This document shows positions 8,423-16,861 of a DNA stretch of 23,593 nucleotides, in pieces. The DNA is taken from assembly GCA_043801585.1 (NCBI GenBank), contig JAZDLX010000097.1, positions 1 to 23,593 on the forward strand. The letters run 5' to 3'. The DNA comes from a bacterium (lineage in GTDB: Bacteria > Electryoneota > Electryoneia > Electryoneales > Electryoneaceae). Each line of letters begins with the position of its first letter. Within the stretch, counting starts at the first letter, position 1. A program made the translations under genes and the position numbers. A model generated the notes under the pieces. It searched no databases and was not told the origin of the DNA. It saw nothing but the letters and a program-made list of their open reading frames with translations.

Positions 8423-9918
8423 AGGTCTCGAGGCATCTCAACATCGAGGAGTCCTGTGCGAGGATCAGCGGACTGCTGCGCGATGAACTCGATCACGCGA
8501 CGCTGATCATCCGGGGACTCGACATCGAACACAGCCGCGTGTTTACACTCGCCATCGATGTGACCAACGGCGACACCCTGGACCGGTTTCACGACCCGGA
8601 ACCGTCCGAAGAGAAGTTCAAGCGGCTGCTGAGCTGGTGTTCCCGCCACGAAACGGTCCAGGTGAGTTCCGGTGCGGACCACCCTGCGAAGATGGCGCTG
8701 CCCCAAGGGCTCGGGTTTCTGGCGATTGTCGGGCCTCTTTTTGACGGGTCCGATGTGGTTGGGCTTGCGGTTTTCATTGCCCGGGCCGGTCGTGCGTTTT
8801 CCGAGTTGGCTGAAGAGCGGGTCGCCAGCATGCTCGAGCCGTTGACCGTTGCCGTCCGCAACGACCATCAACTCCACGAACTGCAGCGGTTGCGCGACGC
8901 GATGGAAGCGGACAACCAGGCGCTGCTCAAACGTCTTGGCCGTCAGGACATCACCGACGCGGTGATCGGAGGGGAGACCGGCCTCAAGGAGGTGATGAAC
9001 CGCGTCCGTCAGGTCAGCCCCACCGATGTGCCCGTTCTGCTGCTGGGGGAGACCGGCACCGGCAAGGAGGTCGTCGCCCGCCTGCTTCATGCAAGTTCCG
9101 GTCGTGCGAACGGACCGATGCTACGGGTGAACTGCGGAGCGATTGCTCCGGGTCTGATCGATTCGGAGCTGTTTGGGCACGAGAAGGGAAGTTTCACCGG
9201 CGCTGTCGGCGACCACAAGGGGTGGTTCGAACGGGCGGACGGCGGAACTCTTTTCCTTGACGAGATCGGCGAGTTGACCCCGGATGTCCAGGTTCGCCTC
9301 CTCCTTGTTCTCCAGGACGGCGTGATCCAGCGTGTCGGCGGGCATTCCGTGGTGCATGTGGACGTGCGCGTTGTCGCGGCAACCCACCGTGACCTGTGGA
9401 CGATGGTGGCCGAAGGCTCCTTCCGGGAGGACCTCTGGTACCGTCTCAGCATTTTCCCGATCCACCTCCCGCCGCTTCGCGCCCGCAAGCATGACATCCC
9501 CGCCCTCGCCGCGCATTTTGCTTCACGGGCTGGAGTGCGGCACGGCGGCAGTCCGCTGCACCTGACGGACAACGACATTCTGCTGCTGACCGAATATGAT
9601 TGGCCGGGAAACGTCCGCGAACTGAACGCGGTGATCGAGCGTGCGGCGATCCTCGGGAATGGCCGGGTGCTGCACATCGCCCAGGCGCTGGGCTCACCGG
9701 GCGCTGTAGGGAGACCCGCGAAGGAGCAGCAGCCGTCATCGGAGTTCCTGACGCTCGAAGCGGCGGAAAGACAGCACATCGAATCGGCACTGCGCCTCCG
9801 ACACGGTGTCATCGAGGGAGCCTTAGGCACCGCCGCACTCCTGAAAATCAATCCACACACCCTCCGTTCACGGATGAGGAAACTTGGAATCGACTGGAAG
9901 ACGTTTCGAGGGCTGTGA
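8395..9918 (+). CDS. Sigma-54-dependent Fis-family transcriptional activator (GAF-like N-terminus, AAA+, HTH; FhlA/NifA-like)
   Basis: Walker A GETGTGKE, SELFGHEKGSFTGA, FERADGGTLFLDEIGE, FREDLWYRL, WPGNVRELN and a C-terminal HTH (AALLKINPHTLRSRMRKLGI). No receiver domain. ATG 8395 follows GGAG. Confidence 0.95.
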   Translation: MDLVLTAWREVSRHLNIEESCARISGLLRDELDHATLIIRGLDIEHSRVFTLAIDVTNGDTLDRFHDPEPSEEKFKRLLSWCSRHETVQVSSGADHPAKMALPQGLGFLAIVGPLFDGSDVVGLAVFIARAGRAFSELAEERVASMLEPLTVAVRNDHQLHELQRLRDAMEADNQALLKRLGRQDITDAVIGGETGLKEVMNRVRQVSPTDVPVLLLGETGTGKEVVARLLHASSGRANGPMLRVNCGAIAPGLIDSELFGHEKGSFTGAVGDHKGWFERADGGTLFLDEIGELTPDVQVRLLLVLQDGVIQRVGGHSVVHVDVRVVAATHRDLWTMVAEGSFREDLWYRLSIFPIHLPPLRARKHDIPALAAHFASRAGVRHGGSPLHLTDNDILLLTEYDWPGNVRELNAVIERAAILGNGRVLHIAQALGSPGAVGRPAKEQQPSSEFLTLEAAERQHIESALRLRHGVIEGALGTAALLKINPHTLRSRMRKLGIDWKTFRGL

Positions 9919-9948
9919 TTTGATCCCTTGCGGGGAAATGGCACCCTT

Positions 9949-10071
9949 ATGTCATTGCGGGGAGGTGCATCAGCACGGACGAAGCAATCTCGCCTTTTTA
10001 TCCATCGGTCTGATGCGGTGACTCCGGCAAACACTTACTGCGAGATTGCTTTGCTTCGCTCGCAATGACAT
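9949..10071. repeat. TGTCAT-tagged composite palindromic element
   Basis: Outer inverted repeat ATGTCATTGCG/CGCAATGACAT; inner inverted repeat AAGCAATCTCGC (9982-9993)/GCGAGATTGCTT (10040-10051). Confidence 0.75.
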
Positions 10072-10477
10072 CCTTTAAAATCCGGGATTGATCCGCCTTT
10101 GCAAAGGCTTCTGCGGAATGAGTGTCCCGAGCTACCGACTGGCATTGGTGATGACAAAAACGGGTTATTCACTGCGCGTAGCTTTCTATTGGTGCTTTCT
10201 CTCGGTGGGCGGGTAAGTTAGTTATTTTATGGAGTTCGATTCTGCGCAGGCGATCAGGATCACTATCTTGATTTCCTGATCGTTTTCGCTCGATTGCAGA
10301 GGCTCCTGACAGTTTGATCGGGAAGTTTTCAAGTTTATTGTGGCATTGGGAATAGCAGGCGTTCGAGAGAACGGTCCAATGCCGCAGGCTGTTGCGGTCG
10401 CCGGAGCGTTCCGTGCGGAAACCGCTGAACGAAACGGACGCACGATTTGCAACGACACCTTTTTATTGAGGCCGTCC

Positions 10478-10972
10478 ATGCCGTCATACGCGGCGCAGAT
10501 GTTGATCGGGAAAAAGGATGATGCAGGACAGGGGATTATCCCTACGCACCAGCTTTATTTCTCGCAGCAGACCTCTCCTTCATGGACTCTGATCGAAGAA
10601 ACGGTCGATCGACCTGATTCCACCGGGGTGAGAAAAAAAGTCCACTGGACGACATCGGAAGACCACGCCCTCGAGGATGGGCTTCTGCTGCTGGGGATTC
10701 ATCTTTTCAAGGACGGCGAGTTGCTTCGGATCGCAGAAGAGAGTCTGGCGAGGACAAGCGTTGACATTTTTAATCCCGATCAGCAGTTTGGCGAGCACCT
10801 CCTGGCGAAACTGCGAGCAAGGTGCAGGGACGTTTCAGGGGAGCTCACGTGTGTTCTGACGTTGTTTGTTGATTCTGTGCTGACCGGCCAGGCACGAATG
10901 CTGAATGACTACGCGATGGATATCGAGCTCTGTCTTTCCCCGGTACTGCACCAGACATCCGTACGAATCTGA
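10478..10972 (+). CDS. Hypothetical protein (~164 aa)
   Basis: Open frame with globular-looking composition (MPSYAAQMLIGKKDDAGQGIIPTHQLYFSQ...). ATG 10478 follows GAGG; the ORF track start at 10340 is the alternative. No domain recognised. Confidence 0.65.
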   Translation: MPSYAAQMLIGKKDDAGQGIIPTHQLYFSQQTSPSWTLIEETVDRPDSTGVRKKVHWTTSEDHALEDGLLLLGIHLFKDGELLRIAEESLARTSVDIFNPDQQFGEHLLAKLRARCRDVSGELTCVLTLFVDSVLTGQARMLNDYAMDIELCLSPVLHQTSVRI

Positions 10973-11018
10973 CGTAACAGGACGAATGACGGGCCACCCA
11001 GGTTAGGAGGGCGTGGGA

Positions 11019-11068
11019 GTAGGGCGGCCGTCCCTGGCCGCCGTTGCGGGCACGGAGGCCCGCGCCAC
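11019..11068. repeat. GTAG-tagged REP doublet (REPIN-like)
   Basis: GTAG-GGCGGCC-gtccct-GGCCGCC followed by an inverted unit that reads GTGG-CGCGGGC-ctccgt-GCCCGC on the minus strand. Confidence 0.7.
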
Positions 11069-11152
11069 TTGAATGGATGCCCAAGGGAAGGTGAAAACAA
11101 ATTGGAGATCACCGCGTGCCGACAAGTCGGCACTGGTGATGACAGATAAGAT

Positions 11153-11233
11153 CAGTTTGAGTGAAAATTTGAGTGAAAAGTAGATAAGAAAGGTTTCAGA
11201 CAGTTTGACTGAAACAGACTTCCAAACTGTCTG
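11153..11233. promoter_or_regulatory. Repeat-rich upstream region of the BMC operon
   Basis: TTTGAGTGAAAA twice in tandem (11156-11179), a third variant TTTGACTGAAAC (11204-11215), and a perfect 11-bp inverted repeat CAGACAGTTTG (11197-11207)/CAAACTGTCTG (11223-11233). Confidence 0.45.
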
Positions 11234-11262
11234 TTGACCAACTTAAGAGGGGAGACGTTTTC

Positions 11263-12699
11263 ATGCCGGCACAGGGAAATCCGAGGATCGCTATCGGTGC
11301 GGATCATGGCGGGTTTTCTCTGAAGGAGGAGTTGAAAAAGTTCCTTGCGGATGAAGGCTATGCCGTCATCGACTGCGGAACGCACCACACCTCCTCCGTC
11401 GACTACCCCGTCTTCGCGCGTCTCGTGGCGGAGAAAGTCTCTTCAGGCGAGGCGAAATTCGGCATTATGATCGACGGCGCGGGGATCGGCTCCTCGATGG
11501 TTGCGAACAAGATCCGAAACATTCGGGCGGCGCTGTGCTACGATCTTTCGACCGCGAACAACGCCCGGGAACACAACGACGCGAACCTCCTGACCCTCGG
11601 GGCGGGCTTGATCGGATCGAATCTTGCGAAACAGATCGTAAAGACGTTCCTTACAGTCGAGTGTACCGAAGACCGTCATAAAAAACGGGTCGCAATGATT
11701 GACAGTATCGACCAGGGACGGCCGATCCCATCCGCCCTACCGAATCCTGAAAGTTCACCGGTCGAGAAACCGGAACCGTCAGCGAGTGGAGAACCAACCG
11801 TGCCCGATGTATCCAGTGGCGACATCCTGAGGATCGCCGAGCGAGTGAAGGAATTGATGGCGGTGCAGGGAATGTCCGCTGCCGGGACAACCGGCTATGT
11901 CTGTGGAGATGAAGCCTGCACGCTTTGCGGCCTGTGCGCGATCAAGGCTCCCGCCTATGTGCGCCAGATGATCGAAATGGGCGCGGGGCGGATCAGCCTT
12001 GCTCCCGGGGATGGCGAAGTTCCGAAGGACATCGCAAAGTACATCGATCACACCTTGCTCAAACCCGACGCCACCGAAGCCGACATCCGTAAACTGTGCC
12101 GGGAAGCGCGCGAGTTCGATTTCGCCTCCGTTTGTATCAATCCCTGCTGGGTGAGCATCGCGAAGCAGGAGCTGAATGGCTCGGACGTGAAGGTATGCAC
12201 GGTAGTCGGTTTCCCCCTCGGAGCGCACATGAGCGATGTCAAGTCGATGGAGACCCGTCGTGCGATCCGTGACGGCGCCAGCGAGATCGACATGGTGATC
12301 AATATCGGTGCGTTGAAGAGCGGCGACCACGAACAGGTGTACAACGATATCCGGTCGGTCGTTGAAGCGTGCGAGGACGGCGGTGTCATGAGCAAGGTCA
12401 TCATCGAGACGGTTCTGCTTACCGACGACGAAAAACGCACGGCCTGCGAACTGTCGAAACGCGCCCGAGCGGATTATGTCAAGACTTCCACGGGGTTCGC
12501 CGGCGGCGGGGCGACGGCGGAGGACATTGCCCTGATGAGCAGTATCGTCGCCGCAAGCGGGATGGGTGTCAAGGCGTCCGGCGGCATCCGTGACTTCAGT
12601 GACGCACAGAAGATGATCGATGCGGGGGCGACACGGATCGGCGCCAGCGCCGGAGTCAAAATCGTTCAGGGTTCGAAAAAGGTTACCGTTTCCGAATGA
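11263..12699 (+). CDS. deoC: RpiB-type sugar-phosphate isomerase / deoxyribose-phosphate aldolase (DeoC) fusion, BMC signature enzyme
   Basis: N-terminal RpiB ([27 protein letters not shown]), then a Pro-rich linker, an amphipathic helix and a 4-Cys motif, then DeoC ([48 protein letters not shown]). Confidence 0.95.
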   Translation: MPAQGNPRIAIGADHGGFSLKEELKKFLADEGYAVIDCGTHHTSSVDYPVFARLVAEKVSSGEAKFGIMIDGAGIGSSMVANKIRNIRAALCYDLSTANNAREHNDANLLTLGAGLIGSNLAKQIVKTFLTVECTEDRHKKRVAMIDSIDQGRPIPSALPNPESSPVEKPEPSASGEPTVPDVSSGDILRIAERVKELMAVQGMSAAGTTGYVCGDEACTLCGLCAIKAPAYVRQMIEMGAGRISLAPGDGEVPKDIAKYIDHTLLKPDATEADIRKLCREAREFDFASVCINPCWVSIAKQELNGSDVKVCTVVGFPLGAHMSDVKSMETRRAIRDGASEIDMVINIGALKSGDHEQVYNDIRSVVEACEDGGVMSKVIIETVLLTDDEKRTACELSKRARADYVKTSTGFAGGGATAEDIALMSSIVAASGMGVKASGGIRDFSDAQKMIDAGATRIGASAGVKIVQGSKKVTVSE

Positions 12700-12734
12700 A
12701 CGGAAGCTGTTTGCGATAAAGAAGGAGTCCATCC

Positions 12735-13355
12735 TTGGTAGATTTGCGAGCATACGTCTTTCTCGACAATCTTCAACCGCAGCACGCGGCGTTCATGGGG
12801 ACTGTCGCATCCGGTTTTCTCCCAATCGCCGGGATGGCGTGCCTTTACGTCGAGATTGCCCCGGGGATCGAGATCAACCGGATTACCGACATCGCGCTGA
12901 AATCGACGAATGTCACCCCCGGGATGCAGATTGTCGAACGTCAATTCGGGATGCTGGAGATCCACTCGTTTTCACAGGCGGACGTCCGCCAGGCGGGCTC
13001 CGCGATCCTCGGTGCGCTGGACCTGAAAGAAGAGGATCGCTGGAAACCGAAAATCTATTCCAGCCAGGTGATCCGCAAGGTGGACGATCACCAGACCCAG
13101 TTGATCAACCGGATGCGCCACGGCAACATGATCATGTCGGGGCAGACGCTGTATGTGATGGAGGTGCAGCCGGCGGCGTACGCGGCGCTGGCGGCCAACG
13201 AAGCGGAGAAAGCGGCGGAGATCAACATCCTCGAAGTGCGCGCTTTCGGCAGTTTCGGGCGGATCTACCTTGGCGGCGAGGAACGGGACATCAACGTCGG
13301 CTACCAAGCGGCGATAAAGGCGGTCGAGGAGGTCAACGGGAAGGTGGTGGAGTGA
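12735..13355 (+). CDS. BMC-T shell protein, permuted double-stacking type (CcmP/CsoS1D-like)
   Basis: [70 protein letters not shown] start after GAAGGAG. Confidence 0.92.
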   Translation: MVDLRAYVFLDNLQPQHAAFMGTVASGFLPIAGMACLYVEIAPGIEINRITDIALKSTNVTPGMQIVERQFGMLEIHSFSQADVRQAGSAILGALDLKEEDRWKPKIYSSQVIRKVDDHQTQLINRMRHGNMIMSGQTLYVMEVQPAAYAALAANEAEKAAEINILEVRAFGSFGRIYLGGEERDINVGYQAAIKAVEEVNGKVVE

Positions 13356-13358
13356 AGG

Positions 13359-13652
13359 GTGTGTAGCCCGCCTGCACATTCACGCTGTTGGACAAGCCGG
13401 GCCACACACTCAACTGCAAAACACAGATCCTGTGTTGCACGCACTTCGTGCATACGAGCTTGCGCCTTCGGAGCTGCGGTTCACTACGTTCAGGATGACT
13501 GTAAGGACGAATGAGAATAAATCCTGTTTGCAGGCAAACAGGGGGCACAACACAAACAAGGGAACAACGCAGAACAAATGTACCAGGTACATTGAAAGCT
13601 GCAGAGGGGATGATTGTAAAAACAGTGAACCAGAGAATTACCTGGTACATTT
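13359..13652. repeat. Intergenic cluster of palindromic/REP-like elements inside the BMC locus
   Basis: GTGTGTAGCCCG (13359-13370)/CGGGCCACACAC (13398-13409); AGATCC...TTCACTACGTTCAGGATGAC (13425-13499); perfect 14-bp inverted repeat AAATGTACCAGGTA (13576-13589)/TACCTGGTACATTT (13639-13652). Confidence 0.65.
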
Positions 13653-13724
13653 TTCCCGTAAGAGTATTTTAGAGGACAGGAAAAACAACAGATTCACAAA
13701 ACAGATACACGGTTGGAGGATGAG

Positions 13725-14027
13725 ATGGCACAAGCGCTTGGAATGATTGAAACTCGCAGCTTTGCGACGGTCGTTGAGGCTGCGGATGCGATGGTCAAGG
13801 CGGCCAAGGTGGAACTCGTAGCCTACGAGAAAACCGGCGGCGGGTATGTCACGGCGATCATTCGCGGTGATGTCGCCGCAGTCAAGGCTGCCTGCGATGC
13901 CGGCCGTGCCGGTGCCGCTCGTGTCGGCGAAATCGTAACGGTCCACATCATCGCGCGTCCGCATGAGAACGTGGATGAGATCATGCCGATCAACAAGGCC
14001 AAGGGTGCGCCCAAGGGCACGAAGTAG
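13725..14027 (+). CDS. BMC-H hexameric shell protein (EutM/PduA/CcmK family)
   Basis: [51 protein letters not shown] 13725 after GGAGG. Confidence 0.96.
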   Translation: MAQALGMIETRSFATVVEAADAMVKAAKVELVAYEKTGGGYVTAIIRGDVAAVKAACDAGRAGAARVGEIVTVHIIARPHENVDEIMPINKAKGAPKGTK

Positions 14028-14045
14028 CGGCTGCAGGAGGAGACC

Positions 14046-14342
14046 ATGGTCCTGGCCAAAGTGACGGGCACGGTTGTGTCCACACGTAAAGAAGCCAGTA
14101 TGGACGGTTTGAAATTCCTGATCCTGCGGCAGGTGGATGTGAACGGCAAGGAGACCGGCGGTTTCGTTGTCGCGGCGGACGCCGTTGGCGCCGGTGTCGG
14201 AGAGATGGTTCTCTATGCCAGCGGAAGCTCCGCACGACAAACCGTGGCGACCGACAAACGTCCCTGTGACGCGGTGGTCATGGCCATCGTCGACAGTTGG
14301 GAAATTGACGGCAAAGTGCTGTACAGGAAGGGCGATGAGTAG
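14046..14342 (+). CDS. BMC-P pentameric vertex protein (EutN/CcmL family)
   Basis: [51 protein letters not shown]. Confidence 0.95.
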   Translation: MVLAKVTGTVVSTRKEASMDGLKFLILRQVDVNGKETGGFVVAADAVGAGVGEMVLYASGSSARQTVATDKRPCDAVVMAIVDSWEIDGKVLYRKGDE

Positions 14343-14476
14343 CAGAGCAGGGACGGTAGAAGGGACTGTTTGTATCATTCGTTTGAACCCTGCGAAGTGT
14401 CCGGAATGCCCAGACGAAGGAAGCAAACTGTCCCAGTACTGGCACTGTCGTTCAATTGCAGTCAGAGAGGTCGCGG

Positions 14477-15967
14477 ATGTCTCAATTGTCCAATGAGCAG
14501 GTGGACGTTGTCGCCAGGCAGGTGCTGGAGGCGTTGGGAGTTTCCCTTTCCGGAAATGTCCGGAAGGTTCCCGATGTCCCTCCGTTGCCGGTGGGAGACC
14601 CGTCCAAGGCCCAGCCGGTCCCCACGGTGGATCCCTCCGGCGTGCAGGGAATATTCCCGGATGTCGATTCCGCCGTGGCGGCAGCCCGCAAGGCGCACCT
14701 GGCGTTGATGGAGATGAGTCTCGAAAAACGGGAAGAGATTATTGCATCCATCCGGGCGAAGATGCTCAAGTACGGCGAGTACCTCGCGCGCAAGGCCCAG
14801 AAGGAAACCGGGCTGGGCCGGGTTGAGGACAAGGTGCTGAAGAATGCCCTGGTGACGACGAAAACGCCGGGTACTGAAGTGCTCAAACCCACCGCCTACA
14901 CCGGCGACCGTGGGTTGACCCTGATTGAGCTGGCTCCCTACGGCGTTATCGGCGCGATCACCCCGGTGACCAATCCCACCTCGAGCATCATCTGCAACAC
15001 CATCGGCATGGTCGCCGCGGGGAACGGCATCGTGTTCAATCCGCACCCGAGCGCGAAAAGCGTCTGCAACGAGAACATCGTCCTGATCAACGCAGCAATC
15101 ACCGCTGCCGGTGGACCTCCCAACCTGGTGACAGGAGTGGGCAATCCCACCATCGAATCCGCGCAGGAACTGATGAAGCACCCGGGAATCCGGCTGCTGG
15201 TGGTCACCGGTGGCGCGGGAGTGGTCAAAGCGGCGATGGCGAGCGGCAAACGCGCGGTCTGCGCCGGTCCCGGCAACCCTCCGGTGGTCGTTGATGAGAC
15301 CGCCGACCTCGACCTGGCGGCGGAGAAAATCGTTTTCGGCGCCTCGATGGACAACAACATCATCTGCGTCGACGAGAAGGAAGTCTTTGTCGTCGAGTCG
15401 GTTGCCGACAGCCTGATCCAGAAGATGCTGAACCACAAGGCGGTGCTCGTTCCCAAGGACAAACACCGTGCGCTCGAGAATGTGATTTTCCTCCAGCAGA
15501 ACGGTCCCCGCAAGCCCGCGGTGATGAACAAGGAGATGATCGGCAAGAACGCCGCCGACATCCTTGCGAAAATTGGGATGCATGTCGATCCGGGGGTGCG
15601 GCTGGCGATCATGGACGTGGAGGAGGATCACCCGCTCGTCTGGTCGGAGCAGATGATGCCGGTGCTGCCGGTCGTTCGAGTTAAAGACGTGGACCGGGCC
15701 ATCGACCTCGCGAAAGAGGCGGAGCACGGATTCGGCCATTCCGCGATCATGTACTCGCGGAACATCGACAAGTTGAGCCGCATGGCGCGGGAGATCAACT
15801 GCAGCATTTTCGTGAAAAACGGTCCCGCAGTGGCGGGGCTGGGGTACGGCGGAGAGGGGTACTGCTCCTTTTCCATCGCGAGTCCGACGGGAGAGGGGTT
15901 GAGCTATTCCCGGACTTTCGCGCGTGAACGCCGTTGTGTGCTCGTTGACCATTTCAGGATCGTCTGA
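14477..15967 (+). CDS. eutE: CoA-acylating aldehyde dehydrogenase (EutE/PduP family) with N-terminal encapsulation peptide
   Basis: ETGLGRVEDK, PYGVIGAITPVTNP, PHPSAK, VTGGAGVV, GPGNPP, catalytic-Cys motif DNNIICVDEKE, EQMMPVLP, IASPTGEG. N-terminal helix SNEQVDVVARQVLEALG plus a Pro-rich linker. ATG 14477 after GAGAGG. Confidence 0.94.
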   Translation: MSQLSNEQVDVVARQVLEALGVSLSGNVRKVPDVPPLPVGDPSKAQPVPTVDPSGVQGIFPDVDSAVAAARKAHLALMEMSLEKREEIIASIRAKMLKYGEYLARKAQKETGLGRVEDKVLKNALVTTKTPGTEVLKPTAYTGDRGLTLIELAPYGVIGAITPVTNPTSSIICNTIGMVAAGNGIVFNPHPSAKSVCNENIVLINAAITAAGGPPNLVTGVGNPTIESAQELMKHPGIRLLVVTGGAGVVKAAMASGKRAVCAGPGNPPVVVDETADLDLAAEKIVFGASMDNNIICVDEKEVFVVESVADSLIQKMLNHKAVLVPKDKHRALENVIFLQQNGPRKPAVMNKEMIGKNAADILAKIGMHVDPGVRLAIMDVEEDHPLVWSEQMMPVLPVVRVKDVDRAIDLAKEAEHGFGHSAIMYSRNIDKLSRMAREINCSIFVKNGPAVAGLGYGGEGYCSFSIASPTGEGLSYSRTFARERRCVLVDHFRIV

Positions 15968-16590
15968 TGAAACGATATCCAGCTATTGCCCTGATCGAGT
16001 ATTCCAACGTCGCCAGCGGTATCCACGCCGGAGACGCGATGATCAAACGGGCGCCGATTGCGATGCTGCGAACAGGCACAGTTTCGCAGGGGAAGTACCT
16101 GGTGCTGATCGGCGGGGAAGTAGCTCCTGTCGAAGAGGCCTTCGCCGAAGGTGTCAGCAACGGCGGCGAATCCGTTGTCGATTGCGTCATCCTGCCACAG
16201 GTCCATGACCAGGTATACGACGCCGTGCTCGGGATGCGGATGCTCTGCAGGGAGACGGCGGTCGGGATTGTCGATACAAGAACGGTTTCGGCAATCATCC
16301 GATGCTCCGACGCCGCGGTCAAGGGTGCGGCAATCGACATCGTCGAGATGCGGCTCGGCGATCAGCTCGGCGGCAAGGCCTTTGCCATTTACAACGGCTG
16401 TCTCGAGGATGTCGAGGCCGCCGTGGCGATCGCAAAAGAGCGGGATGAAGGGCTGAATTCCATCATCAGAACGACCATCGTGCCTAAACTGGACAGCGAG
16501 ATGGCGAAACAGATCGATACCACCACCCAGTTCAACAGGGCGGTGACCCAGACCCTCAGCGACGGAGAGCGAGAGGATGCTGCTCGGTAA
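15967..16590 (+). CDS. BMC-T shell protein, PduT-like tandem domain
   Basis: Two BMC domains: AIALIEYSNVASGIHAGDAMIK...GKYLVLIGGEV and AVGIVDT...SDAAVKGA...RLGDQLGGK. Start overlaps the aldehyde dehydrogenase stop. Confidence 0.9.
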   Translation: MKRYPAIALIEYSNVASGIHAGDAMIKRAPIAMLRTGTVSQGKYLVLIGGEVAPVEEAFAEGVSNGGESVVDCVILPQVHDQVYDAVLGMRMLCRETAVGIVDTRTVSAIIRCSDAAVKGAAIDIVEMRLGDQLGGKAFAIYNGCLEDVEAAVAIAKERDEGLNSIIRTTIVPKLDSEMAKQIDTTTQFNRAVTQTLSDGEREDAAR

Positions 16591-16861
16591 GGTCATCGGC
16601 ACGGTCACGCCTTGCGTGGTCTATGAGGGGCTCGAGTCCGTCCCGCTTCTGCTTATCCAGCCGCTGGACAAACTGCAGCAGCCGGAAGGCTCTCCGCTCG
16701 TCGCGGCGGACAGCACGCGGATGGCGGGTCCGGGCGAACTGATCTACTTCGAGGGCGGGCGTGAGGCGGCGCTGTTTCTCGATCCCTGGTTCGTGCCGGT
16801 GGACCACACCATCGTCGGCATCGTGGACGGCGTTCATCATCTGAAGGGCGGAGAAGGATGA
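16577..16861 (+). CDS. BMC-P pentameric vertex protein (EutN/CcmL family), divergent
   Basis: LGKVIGTV, LVAAD...AGPGE, GREAA, PVDHTIVGIVD. Confidence 0.92.
   Translation: MLLGKVIGTVTPCVVYEGLESVPLLLIQPLDKLQQPEGSPLVAADSTRMAGPGELIYFEGGREAALFLDPWFVPVDHTIVGIVDGVHHLKGGEG

Noticed and set aside
10405..10445. Hammerhead-like or other structured RNA (GCGG-AAA-CCGC-TGAACGAAAC)
   Set aside because: CTGA and GAAA are present but there is no intervening GA plus stem II, so the catalytic core cannot form; support is too weak for any ncRNA call.
11249..11263. LacI-type operator at the BMC operon start (GGAGACGTTTTCA)
   Set aside because: Only a half-site match, and it is explained by the ribosome-binding site and spacer.
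13333..13746. Small ORFs in the gap between BMC-T and BMC-H
   Set aside because: They run through palindromic repeats, lack convincing RBSs and show no protein-like motifs.
14362..14434. Imperfect inverted repeat GGGACTGTTTG/CAAACTGTCCC before the aldehyde dehydrogenase gene
   Set aside because: Only 10/11 bp with a long spacer and no U-tract; it cannot be distinguished from a decayed repeat or chance.
14462..15952. Long antisense ORFs (e.g. 14462-15952, 11779-12753, 19319-20359, 5863-6813)
   Set aside because: Shadow frames of well-supported genes, expected with GC-rich codon usage; no recognisable domains.
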